This document shows positions 10,007-19,035 of a stretch of 64,000 nucleotides of DNA, one piece after another (the first letter of the stretch is position 1; the number at the start of each line of letters is the position of its first letter). A model generated the notes under the pieces. The model was not told the DNA's origin, searched no databases, and saw nothing but the letters and a program-made list of their open reading frames with translations. The translations under genes were made by a program, and so were the position numbers. Origin of the DNA: an uncultured Candidatus Saccharibacteria bacterium (lineage in GTDB: Bacteria > Patescibacteriota > Minisyncoccia > Phycocordibacterales > UBA918); assembly GCA_964593375.1 (NCBI GenBank), contig CAZQIF010000001.1, positions 98,185-162,184 on the forward strand, read 5' to 3'.

Positions 10007-10418
10007 AGAGGTCCCGATACATACATCACACAAAGCGGATGAATAGGACTGGATTCCAGCTCATGGGCCAGAAAGACCAAAATGATGGAAAACAACCAAA
10101 TGAACGAAAAATGGTTTTTTATGATTTTTGCACAATTCAAATTTGTGCACGATATCAACCATCATGAGCAAGGGGAAGTGTGAACTATATTTTAGAAATT
10201 TTCTAACACAAATTACTTTCACACACTTTTTTCTCCGCAACTACAATTTTTTGATTTTCAGAGCAGGGGATAACTTGTTTGATTATATATGGGTAATTCT
10301 AGTATAGTACTGAGTATTAGAGATATTATACTCAGTTACAAGTGCCAGAGAATACCTTGTATTTTCAACACTTCACTCACTCCCCTCTAAGTAGATTGTT
10401 TACTATAATGAAACTGTT

Positions 10419-11390
10419 ATGACAAAGAAAACTACGGGAAAAAATGTGTTTCAACTGCTACCCTACATTGAAGATTTTTTGCTGTATATCCAAGCAAACA
10501 ATTATTCAGAAGAAACTTTATATAACTACGAGCGCGACTTGCTGACGTTCGATGCTTTTCTTTATGATGAAATGAGTAACCTCCCCTTCTCGAGCATAAC
10601 CAAGCGAACGGTCGAACAGTACAAAGCATATTTAAATTCTCGTGATCGAAAAACTGCTTCAGGAGACGATTCTGAACAGCGATTGAAGAGTGGGTCCATT
10701 AATCGTGCACTGACCTCACTTCGCAGGTACCTTGCGTATCTCATCGACATGGACTATGAAGCGCCCGTTGTTCCAGGTTCAATTAAACTCCTTCGTATGG
10801 AGAAGAAGCATGGTCAGGTAGCAGAACTAAATGAACTCATCGAACTCATCGAGTCACCGATGAAATTCGAAAAGGATAAGAGGGTTGCCCTTCGTAATCG
10901 AGCAGCACTTGAAACACTTTTTGCGAGTGGTATGCGTATATCAGAACTCATCAACTTAAAGCGAAACCAACTTGATAAATCTGGCCGAATTTTTATCCAA
11001 GGAAAAGGTAAGAAGCAAAGATTTATCTACCTCACTGAGCGTGCAATTAAGCACATTGGTTTCTATTTAGCAGAGCGTACGGATGACTTCCCCTACCTGT
11101 TTATTCCCGAACGAGGACTCAATGTCAAAGTCAAAAACAAACACATTTCTCCGAATTACCTGCAGATGAAAATAAAAAAATACCGTGAACTACTCGGTAT
11201 TAATGTTCCAACTAGTGCCCACTCACTGCGTCACGGTTTTGCAACATATCTCGCAGAAAAAGGTGCAAACCCTGCTGCCATCCAAATTCTCCTCGGACAT
11301 GAGTCACTTGATACCACCACGAGATACGTGCACGCTTCAGATAAGTATGCCGAGAGTACCCATAAGCAGTTCCACCCATTAAAGAAATGA
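10419..11390 (+). CDS. Tyrosine site-specific recombinase, XerC/XerD family
   Basis: The catalytic motifs RISELINL, HSLRHGFAT and LLGHESLDTTTRYVH are present, the last containing the catalytic Tyr. Confidence 0.85.
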   Translation: MTKKTTGKNVFQLLPYIEDFLLYIQANNYSEETLYNYERDLLTFDAFLYDEMSNLPFSSITKRTVEQYKAYLNSRDRKTASGDDSEQRLKSGSINRALTSLRRYLAYLIDMDYEAPVVPGSIKLLRMEKKHGQVAELNELIELIESPMKFEKDKRVALRNRAALETLFASGMRISELINLKRNQLDKSGRIFIQGKGKKQRFIYLTERAIKHIGFYLAERTDDFPYLFIPERGLNVKVKNKHISPNYLQMKIKKYRELLGINVPTSAHSLRHGFATYLAEKGANPAAIQILLGHESLDTTTRYVHASDKYAESTHKQFHPLKK

Positions 11391-11406
11391 AAGACTACAC
11401 GGATAT

Positions 11407-12195
11407 TTAAAATAGTCCGTTGGCGACCTCCGACAACATATCTCGATACTTTGAATCATCTTTCGTCAAAATAATTTCAAGTGTTCTGTTCGTGCTCAGT
11501 TTTGATTCTATTTCAGTATGACGTGTGAGATACTCTTTAAGACTTTCCGGAATAATTTCGTCCTGTGAGATTACGTGAAGTTTCGGATATGCTGCTCGGA
11601 TTCGATTCTTGAGGAGCACATAGTGCGTACATCCGAGCACAAGCGTACTCGCCTCCCCCAATTTGGTATCTATCATATTTTTGAGATACATCATTGCCTC
11701 ATCAATTTTTTCACTTTCAAGAAATGGAACCAATTCTGGTGTTGCGATGGATGTCAGTTTAATAGGTTTCTTTTCATTTTTTGCATTAAGTTCGATATCG
11801 TATTTTTTTGAGTTCACTGTTCGGCACGTACCAATGAGCAAAACGTTATGTGCACCCGATGCGAGAATTGTTTCTACTGTTGGAATGATGACTCCAAGAA
11901 TACGCTTGTCTGCGTAGACATGTGGAATGAGTTCGTCTTGTATTCTCCTCAGTGTTTCAGCTGATGCAGTGTTGCACGCAACAACAACAAGACCAGCACC
12001 TCTACTGAAAAGTTCTTTTACTCCATGTAATGTGAATGTGTACACTTCCTCTTCTGTTTTGTTACCATAGGGGAGATTGGCAGTGTCACCATAATACAGA
12101 TAATCATACTCTGGGAGGAGTGCACGTACTGCTTTGAGAATCGTAAATCCTCCAATGCCGGAGTCGAGAAAACCAATTTTTGTATCCGTTTCCAT
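11407..12195 (-). CDS. murI: Glutamate racemase MurI
   Basis: FDSGIGG and LGCTHY motifs are present. Confidence 0.9.
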   Translation of the reverse strand: METDTKIGFLDSGIGGFTILKAVRALLPEYDYLYYGDTANLPYGNKTEEEVYTFTLHGVKELFSRGAGLVVVACNTASAETLRRIQDELIPHVYADKRILGVIIPTVETILASGAHNVLLIGTCRTVNSKKYDIELNAKNEKKPIKLTSIATPELVPFLESEKIDEAMMYLKNMIDTKLGEASTLVLGCTHYVLLKNRIRAAYPKLHVISQDEIIPESLKEYLTRHTEIESKLSTNRTLEIILTKDDSKYRDMLSEVANGLF

Positions 12196-12196
12196 A

Positions 12197-12427
12197 TTAG
12201 CTTTCTATCATTCGAAAACGAGGTATCGTCTCACTATTGTAAGTGACACATTCTTCAAACATCGAGCGTGGCCGTACCCATATTGCCTTTTCGCTAAAAT
12301 CATCCGAATTATATTCGGCTTGGTACACCACCATCTTTTCAAGAGTCTCACTATGTCTTGCAATCGCAATGACCGTATATTCTCGTCCTTTATAATGTCG
12401 ATATCTTTTTCCAACAATTGCTTCCAT
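12197..12427 (-). CDS. DUF1653-like small protein
   Basis: The RYRHYKGREYTV pattern resembles DUF1653 (YodC-like). Confidence 0.5.
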   Translation of the reverse strand: MEAIVGKRYRHYKGREYTVIAIARHSETLEKMVVYQAEYNSDDFSEKAIWVRPRSMFEECVTYNSETIPRFRMIES

Positions 12428-12436
12428 GATATAAAA

Positions 12437-12889
12437 TTATTTTGCGAGTTTAACAATCTGCAAGTAGTGCTTTTTTGCCACCGGTTGTACCGAGAGTCGC
12501 ATACCCTTTTGCGTCACAAGCATATCAGCAAAAAATGGATCATTTTTGAGTACTGCTAATGTGAGCGGTTGCTTAAATTTTTTTTTAAATTTGAGATCAA
12601 CAGCAACCCAGCGAGGATTATCGGTTTTTGACTTTGCATCAAAGTACCTATGCTTTTGGTCAAACTGAGTTGGGTCTGGGTAGGCACCTTTTGCAACCTC
12701 TGCAAAGCCAACAACTCCAATCACTGTGGCATTTGAATGATAGAAAAGTACCCTATCCCCTACCCGCATAGTGCGCATAAAATTACGGGCTTGGTAATTG
12801 CGCACTCCATCCCACATACCAACCCCATTTCTCTCTAACGTATCAATACCATAGACCGACGGCTCACTTTTCATTAACCAATATTGCAT
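12437..12889 (-). CDS. EVE (PUA-like) domain protein
   Basis: MQYWLMKSEP...GDRVLFYHS is the EVE-domain signature. Confidence 0.8.
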   Translation of the reverse strand: MQYWLMKSEPSVYGIDTLERNGVGMWDGVRNYQARNFMRTMRVGDRVLFYHSNATVIGVVGFAEVAKGAYPDPTQFDQKHRYFDAKSKTDNPRWVAVDLKFKKKFKQPLTLAVLKNDPFFADMLVTQKGMRLSVQPVAKKHYLQIVKLAK

Positions 12890-12965
12890 ATCTCAGTGAC
12901 CACATTATACACGGCATGGCAAAATCCGGCTTTTGATTTGATATAATTGTAGTGACGGTTACATA

Positions 12966-13418
12966 GTGCACAAACCGGTTATAACCATAATCACTAAATC
13001 AAATATGATGATGTCAGAATCACAACGCGCGCTTGTTCGTAACTACGGCACGCTCGTTGGACGTGTACTCCTGGGACTTCTCTTTTTAGTTTCAGGTATT
13101 AATAAGTTACTCGGCGAAGGGGGAGTTTCTGGATTTGCAGATGGAATTGAAAAGATGGGTCTCCCGCTCGCTATCGTCGTGGCATGGATTGTTGTACTCC
13201 TCGAGATTATCGGCGGAGCAATGATTGTCGTTGGCTACCGCGTTGGTCTCGCAGCTTCTGCGCTTATTATTTTCCTCGTTCTCACGGTGCTTCTTGTACA
13301 CAATCCACTTACCGATGCAAAACAACTTACCGGCGCACTCAAGAATCTTTCAATTCTTGGTGGTCTACTTTACGTTGTGGCATACGGCGCAGGTGAAGGT
13401 TGGAAGCTCAAGATATAG
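12966..13418 (+). CDS. DoxX family membrane protein
   Basis: A 4-TM protein with a DoxX-like pattern. It has a GTG start; an alternative ATG lies at 13005. Confidence 0.7.
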   Translation: MHKPVITIITKSNMMMSESQRALVRNYGTLVGRVLLGLLFLVSGINKLLGEGGVSGFADGIEKMGLPLAIVVAWIVVLLEIIGGAMIVVGYRVGLAASALIIFLVLTVLLVHNPLTDAKQLTGALKNLSILGGLLYVVAYGAGEGWKLKI

Positions 13419-13437
13419 CACATTATTTTCGGGTAAC

Positions 13438-13466
13438 AAAAAGACCTCCGTTTAGGAGGTCTTTTT
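13438..13466. terminator. Bidirectional intrinsic terminator aaaagacctccgtttaggaggtcttttt
   Basis: A perfect 11-bp stem with T and A runs on both sides, placed between convergent genes. Confidence 0.75.
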
Positions 13467-13470
13467 GTTC

Positions 13471-13797
13471 TTAACGCATTGCAAGCGTAGGTTCCCAACA
13501 CGGAGCAGATGCGCTCCATGGTCGTGTCCCTTGCCGTTCATAGAGGTCACGAGCGTATGCCATATTGTCGTTGAGTTTCGTAAGATCAAGACCGAGTTTC
13601 TCTGCTTCAACTCCGTGGTAACGCGCATTGATTTGCATTACTCCAGTGTCTGCAGGATCTACTCGTCCTTGAAGAACTGACCCATCCGACAGAGTGTGTC
13701 GAAACGCTGATTCACAGCGTGCGATTTGAATCATGACAGGGATATCACTGAAGTAGGTGCGGACAGCCTTTTCTGTGTTTGTCCGTTCGCCCACCAT
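13471..13797 (-). CDS. Small lytic transglycosylase-like (SLT/GH23-like) protein
   Basis: IARCESAFRH is an ES motif and GVMQIN resembles a GLMQ-like motif. An in-frame upstream hydrophobic stretch (LILSSLLTAIIAVTNVVAVPVSDAAYG) lacks an ATG, GTG or TTG start. Confidence 0.45.
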   Translation of the reverse strand: MVGERTNTEKAVRTYFSDIPVMIQIARCESAFRHTLSDGSVLQGRVDPADTGVMQINARYHGVEAEKLGLDLTKLNDNMAYARDLYERQGTRPWSASAPCWEPTLAMR

Positions 13798-14191
13798 TTC
13801 TTCAGTGACCTGTTCGTTTGTTGCAATGTTCCCATATGCGGCATCACTAACCGGTACCGCAACTACGTTCGTTACAGCGATAATGGCTGTAAGTAAACTA
13901 GATAATATAAGCCTAGGGTCTTATCGAACAAATTTGCCTGAACGATTTTCAAACAAAAAACGGCGATATGCCGTTACCCCAATATAATAGCATATCTGGA
14001 TGAAAAGTCAAGTTATACAACTGATATTTTGGTGTGTCAATGCGCAAATAGTATATATTTTAAGCCATATTCTAAAATTTTGTCACGGTTTATAGCCCTA
14101 AAAAGCACTTTGAAACAAGAAAAATGCTTATTTTTTTGAGCACCAAAATATGGCTTATTTGCTTATCCTTTAGGAGTGCTCTCTTCCCTCT

Positions 14192-15040
14192 TTATATGTG
14201 CCCGAGCCTTTGTTCAAGAAGTACCATACTTCCATAAAGACCACCTTCATCTTTGAGTTTTGCATCTACAATAGCCGGGCATGGGAGAAAATCGCCGAGT
14301 AATGCCTTGGTATGGCGGATAATATCATCGAGAAAGATGCGTGGATCACCTATGACCATCGAACCACCGAGCACAATGACATCTGGAGACCAGTATGCAA
14401 CGGTATTTTTGAGACCGTGTGCAAGATATTTGGCAAGTTCGTCCCACACAGGGTCATCTTGTGGGATTTCAAACGGTTTTACCCCTCTCCGCTTCTCGAG
14501 CGCAGTCCCAGAAACAAGGTTTTCAAGTGTATGTGCCGTATTGTGACCAAGAAGACTACGGTCAATATCAAGTTCCTGGTGTCCGGGCTCAAAACCGACA
14601 CTTGAGACATCAAGGTGGCCGTTCACAAAGCGTGCACCACCAACTCCAGTACTCACGGTGTGGTAAGCGACAATTGAATATCCCTTCCCTGCCCCATGTA
14701 TAGCTTCACCCAGTCCAACAATCGCTGTGTCATTTTCAAGGAATACGGGCGCATTAAATCGCTTTTTGAGTGTCTCTACAAGTGGTCGTCCAACCCAATC
14801 AAGGAGCTTTTTTTCGCTCACAATCGCCGTTTTTTCATGATTTAGAGGTCCGCGAATACCACCCCCAATCGCATCGATTTTCTCTCCCCCCGCAAGGTCT
14901 TCAATTGCCTTACCAATTACTTCCATTCCTTTATCGAATTCGAGCGGTGTCTCAAACTTGATGGGCTCACCATACGACTGCAAGTCTTCGCTTCGTGCAA
15001 CACGAGTTTTTGTTCCGCCAATATCAAATAAAATGTACAT
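14192..15040 (-). CDS. ROK family sugar kinase (glucokinase-like)
   Basis: The N-terminal DIGGTKTR and a ROK-like body. Confidence 0.8.
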   Translation of the reverse strand: MYILFDIGGTKTRVARSEDLQSYGEPIKFETPLEFDKGMEVIGKAIEDLAGGEKIDAIGGGIRGPLNHEKTAIVSEKKLLDWVGRPLVETLKKRFNAPVFLENDTAIVGLGEAIHGAGKGYSIVAYHTVSTGVGGARFVNGHLDVSSVGFEPGHQELDIDRSLLGHNTAHTLENLVSGTALEKRRGVKPFEIPQDDPVWDELAKYLAHGLKNTVAYWSPDVIVLGGSMVIGDPRIFLDDIIRHTKALLGDFLPCPAIVDAKLKDEGGLYGSMVLLEQRLGHI

Positions 15041-15048
15041 GTGGTGTG

Positions 15049-16290
15049 TTATTCACTGAGTAAGCTTCTCGTGTGTGATTTGTAGAGTTCAATGCTTGGT
15101 TGGTCAAAAGCGTTCACGTCAAAGAGATGGCCGAGTATCATTACCTCAATCATAGAAACTGCCATGAGACGTCCAATTTCGTGCGGTGAAAGTGAAGGAA
15201 TAACGGTTGAATGATATGGCAACCCCTCATCAGAATATGCTTTGATAACTCCTTCACGAATGGCCTCCACAATAGTACGCGGGGATTTATTAACGAGCAT
15301 TGGCAGGTTTGCAAGAAGCCAATGGTTAGGCAATTTTTCATCACTGTTACTGAGTACGGTATATATGAAGTGTGTGTAGATTCCGCGGTTTCCTGAGAGA
15401 TAGAGTTGTGCTACTGAGTGCAAGTCGCTCGCTGAGGAAACGGTAGGTAAAATAGGATAATCAAACGGTTTTCCTTGTTTTGTTGTCTTCTTTCCGATGC
15501 TTTCTGCAAGTAGCTGTCGGTACCAGAGTGCAAATCGAGTGAGCTGACGATTGAAGGTAAAGAGGTCGAGTGTGTGCATTCCTTCTTCGGCTTTTATCAC
15601 GAGGTTAACGGCGCTTCTGATTGCGGTTGCAATTTCTTCTTGAGAATGTGCACTCTCTGCACCACGTCTGAAGGCCTGTGTATCAATGCCGAGAATCGTG
15701 AGTGGTACAATACCTACCGCACTAAAAACTGAGTAACGACCACCGATTGAATCAGGAAAATCAATCCATGTAATTTTCTTTTTCTTTGCTATTTTGGCAA
15801 GTGCGCTTTTGTCGGAGCCGATGAATACCATTCGCGAATAGACTTTCTCCCCAAACTTTTCCTCTGCTCGAGCGAGCACTTCGGTGCCGTTCGTCATCGT
15901 TTCGGTTGTCGTTCCAGACTTAGTGGTAAAGACTATCGCAATGTCACTCACATCCTTAACGGTAGAAAGAAGATGCTTATACTCACGCATGCGCTGGTCA
16001 TCAATTGAGTCAAGGACAAGAAGCGATGACGTGAGCTCTGAAGAAAGTGCACCCTGGAGTGCCTCAACACCAAGTGTTGAACCACCAATACCAATAAGCA
16101 CCACATGTCGTGCACCTATGAGGTGCGCAATCTTCTTTTTTACTTGATTCTGATAGCGAATATCACCCGCTATGCCAAGCGCAGATTCATGTTTAGCGTA
16201 GTTTGGCTTTTGGAAGCTCTCGACTAGTTTTTTTGCGTACGCGCGTGCTTTCTTTTCTAATGTTCTTTGTCGGTCTGATGCTCCTGTCAT
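15049..16290 (-). CDS. pgi: Glucose-6-phosphate isomerase
   Basis: GIGGSTLG, SKSGTTTET and GGRYS motifs are present. Confidence 0.9.
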   Translation of the reverse strand: MTGASDRQRTLEKKARAYAKKLVESFQKPNYAKHESALGIAGDIRYQNQVKKKIAHLIGARHVVLIGIGGSTLGVEALQGALSSELTSSLLVLDSIDDQRMREYKHLLSTVKDVSDIAIVFTTKSGTTTETMTNGTEVLARAEEKFGEKVYSRMVFIGSDKSALAKIAKKKKITWIDFPDSIGGRYSVFSAVGIVPLTILGIDTQAFRRGAESAHSQEEIATAIRSAVNLVIKAEEGMHTLDLFTFNRQLTRFALWYRQLLAESIGKKTTKQGKPFDYPILPTVSSASDLHSVAQLYLSGNRGIYTHFIYTVLSNSDEKLPNHWLLANLPMLVNKSPRTIVEAIREGVIKAYSDEGLPYHSTVIPSLSPHEIGRLMAVSMIEVMILGHLFDVNAFDQPSIELYKSHTRSLLSE

Positions 16291-16314
16291 ACGAATCAGA
16301 GAGTTAGGTTAGTG

Positions 16315-17064
16315 TTAAATTTGTCGTGGCGACAATTGATCAACATGGCTTGTAATGTACGCATACGCTTCATCAACAGAATCAACGAGATGCATAAGTT
16401 CCAAGTCTTCTGCGTCGATAGTCTTAAAGTCTTTCATCAGTTCCTTCTTCATGAAATTCAGCACGGGTGTCCAAAATTCTTTTCCATACAGTACGACGGG
16501 GATTTTTGATATTTTTTTTGTTTGAATGAGGGTAATCAATTCAAATAGCTCATCGAGCGTACCAAAGCCCCCTGGGAAATACACATACACTTCTGATGCA
16601 AACGAGAGCATTACCTTGCGAGAGAAGAAAAAATGAAATGTTTCAGTTTCAGTGACGTATGGATTGAGCTTTTGTTCCATGGGTAGCTCGATATTGAGTC
16701 CGACAGACTTCCCTCCGACTTTAAATGCACCGACGTTTGCCGCCTCCATGATGCCGGGGCCACCTCCGGTAATTATTGCAAAACCAGCTTTAGCAAGGCG
16801 GGCTGCAAGTTCTTCAGCAGCTTTGTATATAGGTTCACCTGGGCGCGTACGTGCGCTTCCAAAGAAGGTTGCTGCCGTGCCGTACTTGCGGAGAATTTCA
16901 AAACCATCAACAAATTCCGACATGATGCGGAAAATGCGCCATGATTGCACCGCATCATCAGTCTCGAAGAGGTCGGTAAGTACTCTGCAGTGAATATCTT
17001 TTGGGTCACCTTTCCCTTTTTTCTTCTTGGGTTTACTTTCAAAAATTTTATTTTGGCTACTCAT
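16315..17064 (-). CDS. LOG family protein (cytokinin riboside 5'-monophosphate phosphoribohydrolase-like)
   Basis: GGGPGIMEA and PGGFGTLDELFE motifs are present. Confidence 0.9.
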   Translation of the reverse strand: MSSQNKIFESKPKKKKGKGDPKDIHCRVLTDLFETDDAVQSWRIFRIMSEFVDGFEILRKYGTAATFFGSARTRPGEPIYKAAEELAARLAKAGFAIITGGGPGIMEAANVGAFKVGGKSVGLNIELPMEQKLNPYVTETETFHFFFSRKVMLSFASEVYVYFPGGFGTLDELFELITLIQTKKISKIPVVLYGKEFWTPVLNFMKKELMKDFKTIDAEDLELMHLVDSVDEAYAYITSHVDQLSPRQI

Positions 17065-17074
17065 GCGTATAGTG

Positions 17075-17190
17075 TATCATGCCAAAACATAGAAAATAGA
17101 ATATGGAATATGGAATAGTGAATATGAAAACGAGCGATTAGCTGTTAGCACCTAGCTCTTAGAGCTAATCGCTAAGTGCTAACTAACTAC
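17075..17190. repeat. Structured repeat element, copy C. It has a 7-mer tandem (aatatgg)x4 at 17099-17128 and the hairpin agcgattagctgttagcacctagctcttagagctaatcgct at 17133-17173, followed by a gctaagtgctaa word.
   Basis: Read directly. It shares words with copies A, B and D. Confidence 0.6.
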
Positions 17191-17780
17191 AACCACGGAA
17201 TCGAGAATTGCTCAAATTCAGGAACAAGTTTACGGCTATACAGAAGTCGTGAGATAACTTCAGCATGACAGAGGGCACCTGTAAGGGCATTGTGGGGTTC
17301 TGGTTCACTTTCGATGCCACAATAGTTGAGTACCGCGTCAAGATTAAGTGCTGAACGACGATGTTCGGGGTCTATTGGTGGTGTGAGTCCGTGATTTACC
17401 ATGTGCATGTAGCAAAGAGTATGGGTATCAATTGTACGATGTGCCAAATCCCATGCGATATTTTCACGGTCACACGCAGCTTTAAGATAATCACGGTCGA
17501 ATGAAACATTTTGCCCCGCAAGGGTGCGGTCACCCATATGCTGCGACCACTCGAGGAACATGCGTACAATTTCTCCTTCTGGTAACTTTTTTGGGTCTCT
17601 TGCTTCCTCCTCGGTAAAACCACAGACCGCGAGAGCCTCTTCCATTACATGGGCACCTTCCCACATGCGACATTCTTCATAAAAACGGTTTGTTGGATTA
17701 TCAAAATCAAGTGCGCCAATCGAGAGAATGGAGTGCTTTGCGTACTCGGTCCCCGAGGCTTCAATGTCTATGACTATCAT
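17187..17780 (-). CDS. DEDDh-type 3'-5' exonuclease (DnaQ/RNase T-like)
   Basis: The Exo I motif VIDIEASG is present, and HNALTGA is a likely Exo III region. Confidence 0.75.
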   Translation of the reverse strand: MIVIDIEASGTEYAKHSILSIGALDFDNPTNRFYEECRMWEGAHVMEEALAVCGFTEEEARDPKKLPEGEIVRMFLEWSQHMGDRTLAGQNVSFDRDYLKAACDRENIAWDLAHRTIDTHTLCYMHMVNHGLTPPIDPEHRRSALNLDAVLNYCGIESEPEPHNALTGALCHAEVISRLLYSRKLVPEFEQFSIPWL

Positions 17781-17916
17781 AGAGATAGCATAGCATAAAC
17801 GCGGAGGGACGCAGACAAGACGCGGATGTACGCAGAAAAGGATTTGGCTTAAATAATAATTTTTCTTATCACAAAATTGTGGAGTGCCAAATGTGCTTGC
17901 ACATTACCTACTGTGC

Positions 17917-17944
17917 TTGACATTAATCGTGAGTATGCTATGAT
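17917..17944 (+). promoter_or_regulatory. Consensus sigma70-like promoter, TTGACA-16 nt-TATGAT
   Basis: Exact -35 and near-consensus -10 hexamers were read directly. The promoter points toward 17950-18215. Confidence 0.6.
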
Positions 17945-17949
17945 ATTCG

Positions 17950-18215
17950 CGTTCAGGGACAGCAAACTCCTTGGGCAAATTTATAGAAATGTAGAGTTTG
18001 TGGTTCAGGTGTAAAAAGGAGGCTGGTATCCCCTGTAAAAACTACCTCAGCAGTTCAAGAGACCCGGAGCTAAGCATCTCCGTTTAAAGTGCCAATGTAG
18101 TACCCGGTCACCGCTGAGCTCGACTCCGCGGTGACCGGCCATCAATTCTAGTTCTAAGGACCAGTACGACCGCGCCCATTCATACCATATTCAACTGTGG
18201 TGAGGCGCGGTTTTT
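17950..18215 (+). ncRNA. Candidate stand-alone small RNA of about 265 nt. It has no ORF and contains the internal hairpin ccggtcaccgctgagctcgactccgcggtgaccgg. It ends at a terminator stem accgcgcc...ggcgcggt followed by ttttt.
   Basis: The assignment rests on a strong promoter plus a terminator and on the absence of coding potential. Its identity (6S, SRP or other) could not be confirmed. Confidence 0.35.
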
Positions 18216-18248
18216 ATATTTATATTGAAATTTTGTTACAATGTAATC

Positions 18249-18911
18249 ATGCGTGTCACTATTCATGATTCTTGGAAAAAGGTGCTTAAAGATGAATTTG
18301 AAGCTCCGTATTTTAAAACTCTTAGTGAAACTGTAAGAAATGCGTATTTAGAAAAAACTGTCTTCCCTCCTCCGAAGCTTGTCTTTAATGCATTTGAGCT
18401 CTGTCCATTTGAACAAGTAAAAGTCGTAATACTCGGACAAGACCCCTACCACGGTAAGGGTCAAGCACACGGGCTCTGCTTTTCAGTGCAAGATGGTGTG
18501 AAAATTCCTCCCTCACTTCAAAATATTTATAAGGAAATAAAAGATGATATTGGTAAAGAAATTCCTGAAACTGGTGATTTAGAAAATTGGGCTAAGCAAG
18601 GGGTGCTTTTACTTAACGCAACACTCACCGTAGAAGCCGGTCATGCAGGTTCTCACCAAGGACTCGGTTGGGAACAATTTACCGATGCGGTCATTAAGAA
18701 AATTTCTGATGAGAAGGAGCATGTCGTGTTTCTCCTCTGGGGGAAATACGCGCAAGGAAAAGAATCCCTCATTGACGCATCAAAACACCTCCTATTGAAA
18801 GCTCCCCACCCTTCCCCGTTTTCGGTACATACCGGCTTTTTCGGATGCAAACACTTTAGTAAAACAAATGCATATTTGGAGAAATACGGAATTAAAGAAA
18901 TCAGGTGGTGA
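18249..18911 (+). CDS. ung: Uracil-DNA glycosylase, family 1
   Basis: GQDPYH and HPSPFS motifs are present. The start is taken at MRVTIHDSW; the ORF itself is open from 18225. Confidence 0.9.
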   Translation: MRVTIHDSWKKVLKDEFEAPYFKTLSETVRNAYLEKTVFPPPKLVFNAFELCPFEQVKVVILGQDPYHGKGQAHGLCFSVQDGVKIPPSLQNIYKEIKDDIGKEIPETGDLENWAKQGVLLLNATLTVEAGHAGSHQGLGWEQFTDAVIKKISDEKEHVVFLLWGKYAQGKESLIDASKHLLLKAPHPSPFSVHTGFFGCKHFSKTNAYLEKYGIKEIRW

Positions 18912-18914
18912 AAA

Positions 18915-19035
18915 CTAGCACGTAGCTATTAGCACTTAGCCTCTGGATCGCTTCACTTCGTTCGCGTTGACGACCGGCGCGCGAAGCGCGCCGGTCGTTG
19001 CTAAGTGCTAAAAGCTAGGTGCTAATAGCTTATAT
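18915..19035. repeat. Structured repeat element, copy D. The outer inverted words are agctattagcacttagc / gctaagtgctaa..gctaatagct. The inner sequence is ctggatcgcttcacttcgttcgcgttgac followed by the hairpin gacgaccggcgcgcgaagcgcgccggtcgt.
   Basis: Read directly. It is homologous to the DR unit of copies A and B. Confidence 0.7.

Noticed and set aside
12134-12559. 141-aa plus-strand ORF spanning the murI, DUF1653 and EVE gene junctions
   Set aside because: It is antisense to three well-supported minus-strand genes and has a low-complexity hydrophobic composition.
17950-18215. Assignment of the candidate ncRNA to tmRNA, SRP RNA, 6S RNA or RNase P RNA
   Set aside because: No tmRNA tag frame or tRNA-like 3' end is present. 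No SRP domain-IV GGAA/AGCAG helix is recognisable. The length is wrong for RNase P. The 6S assignment cannot be tested without a fold or covariance model.
660-19030. Possibility that the repeat units encode a conserved peptide (they translate as WIASLRSQ* / LDCFTSFAMTTTGKLRFPVVVIAKC* in two copies)
   Set aside because: Frames are not maintained across all five copies and there are no start codons. The similarity is explained by nucleotide conservation of a structured element.
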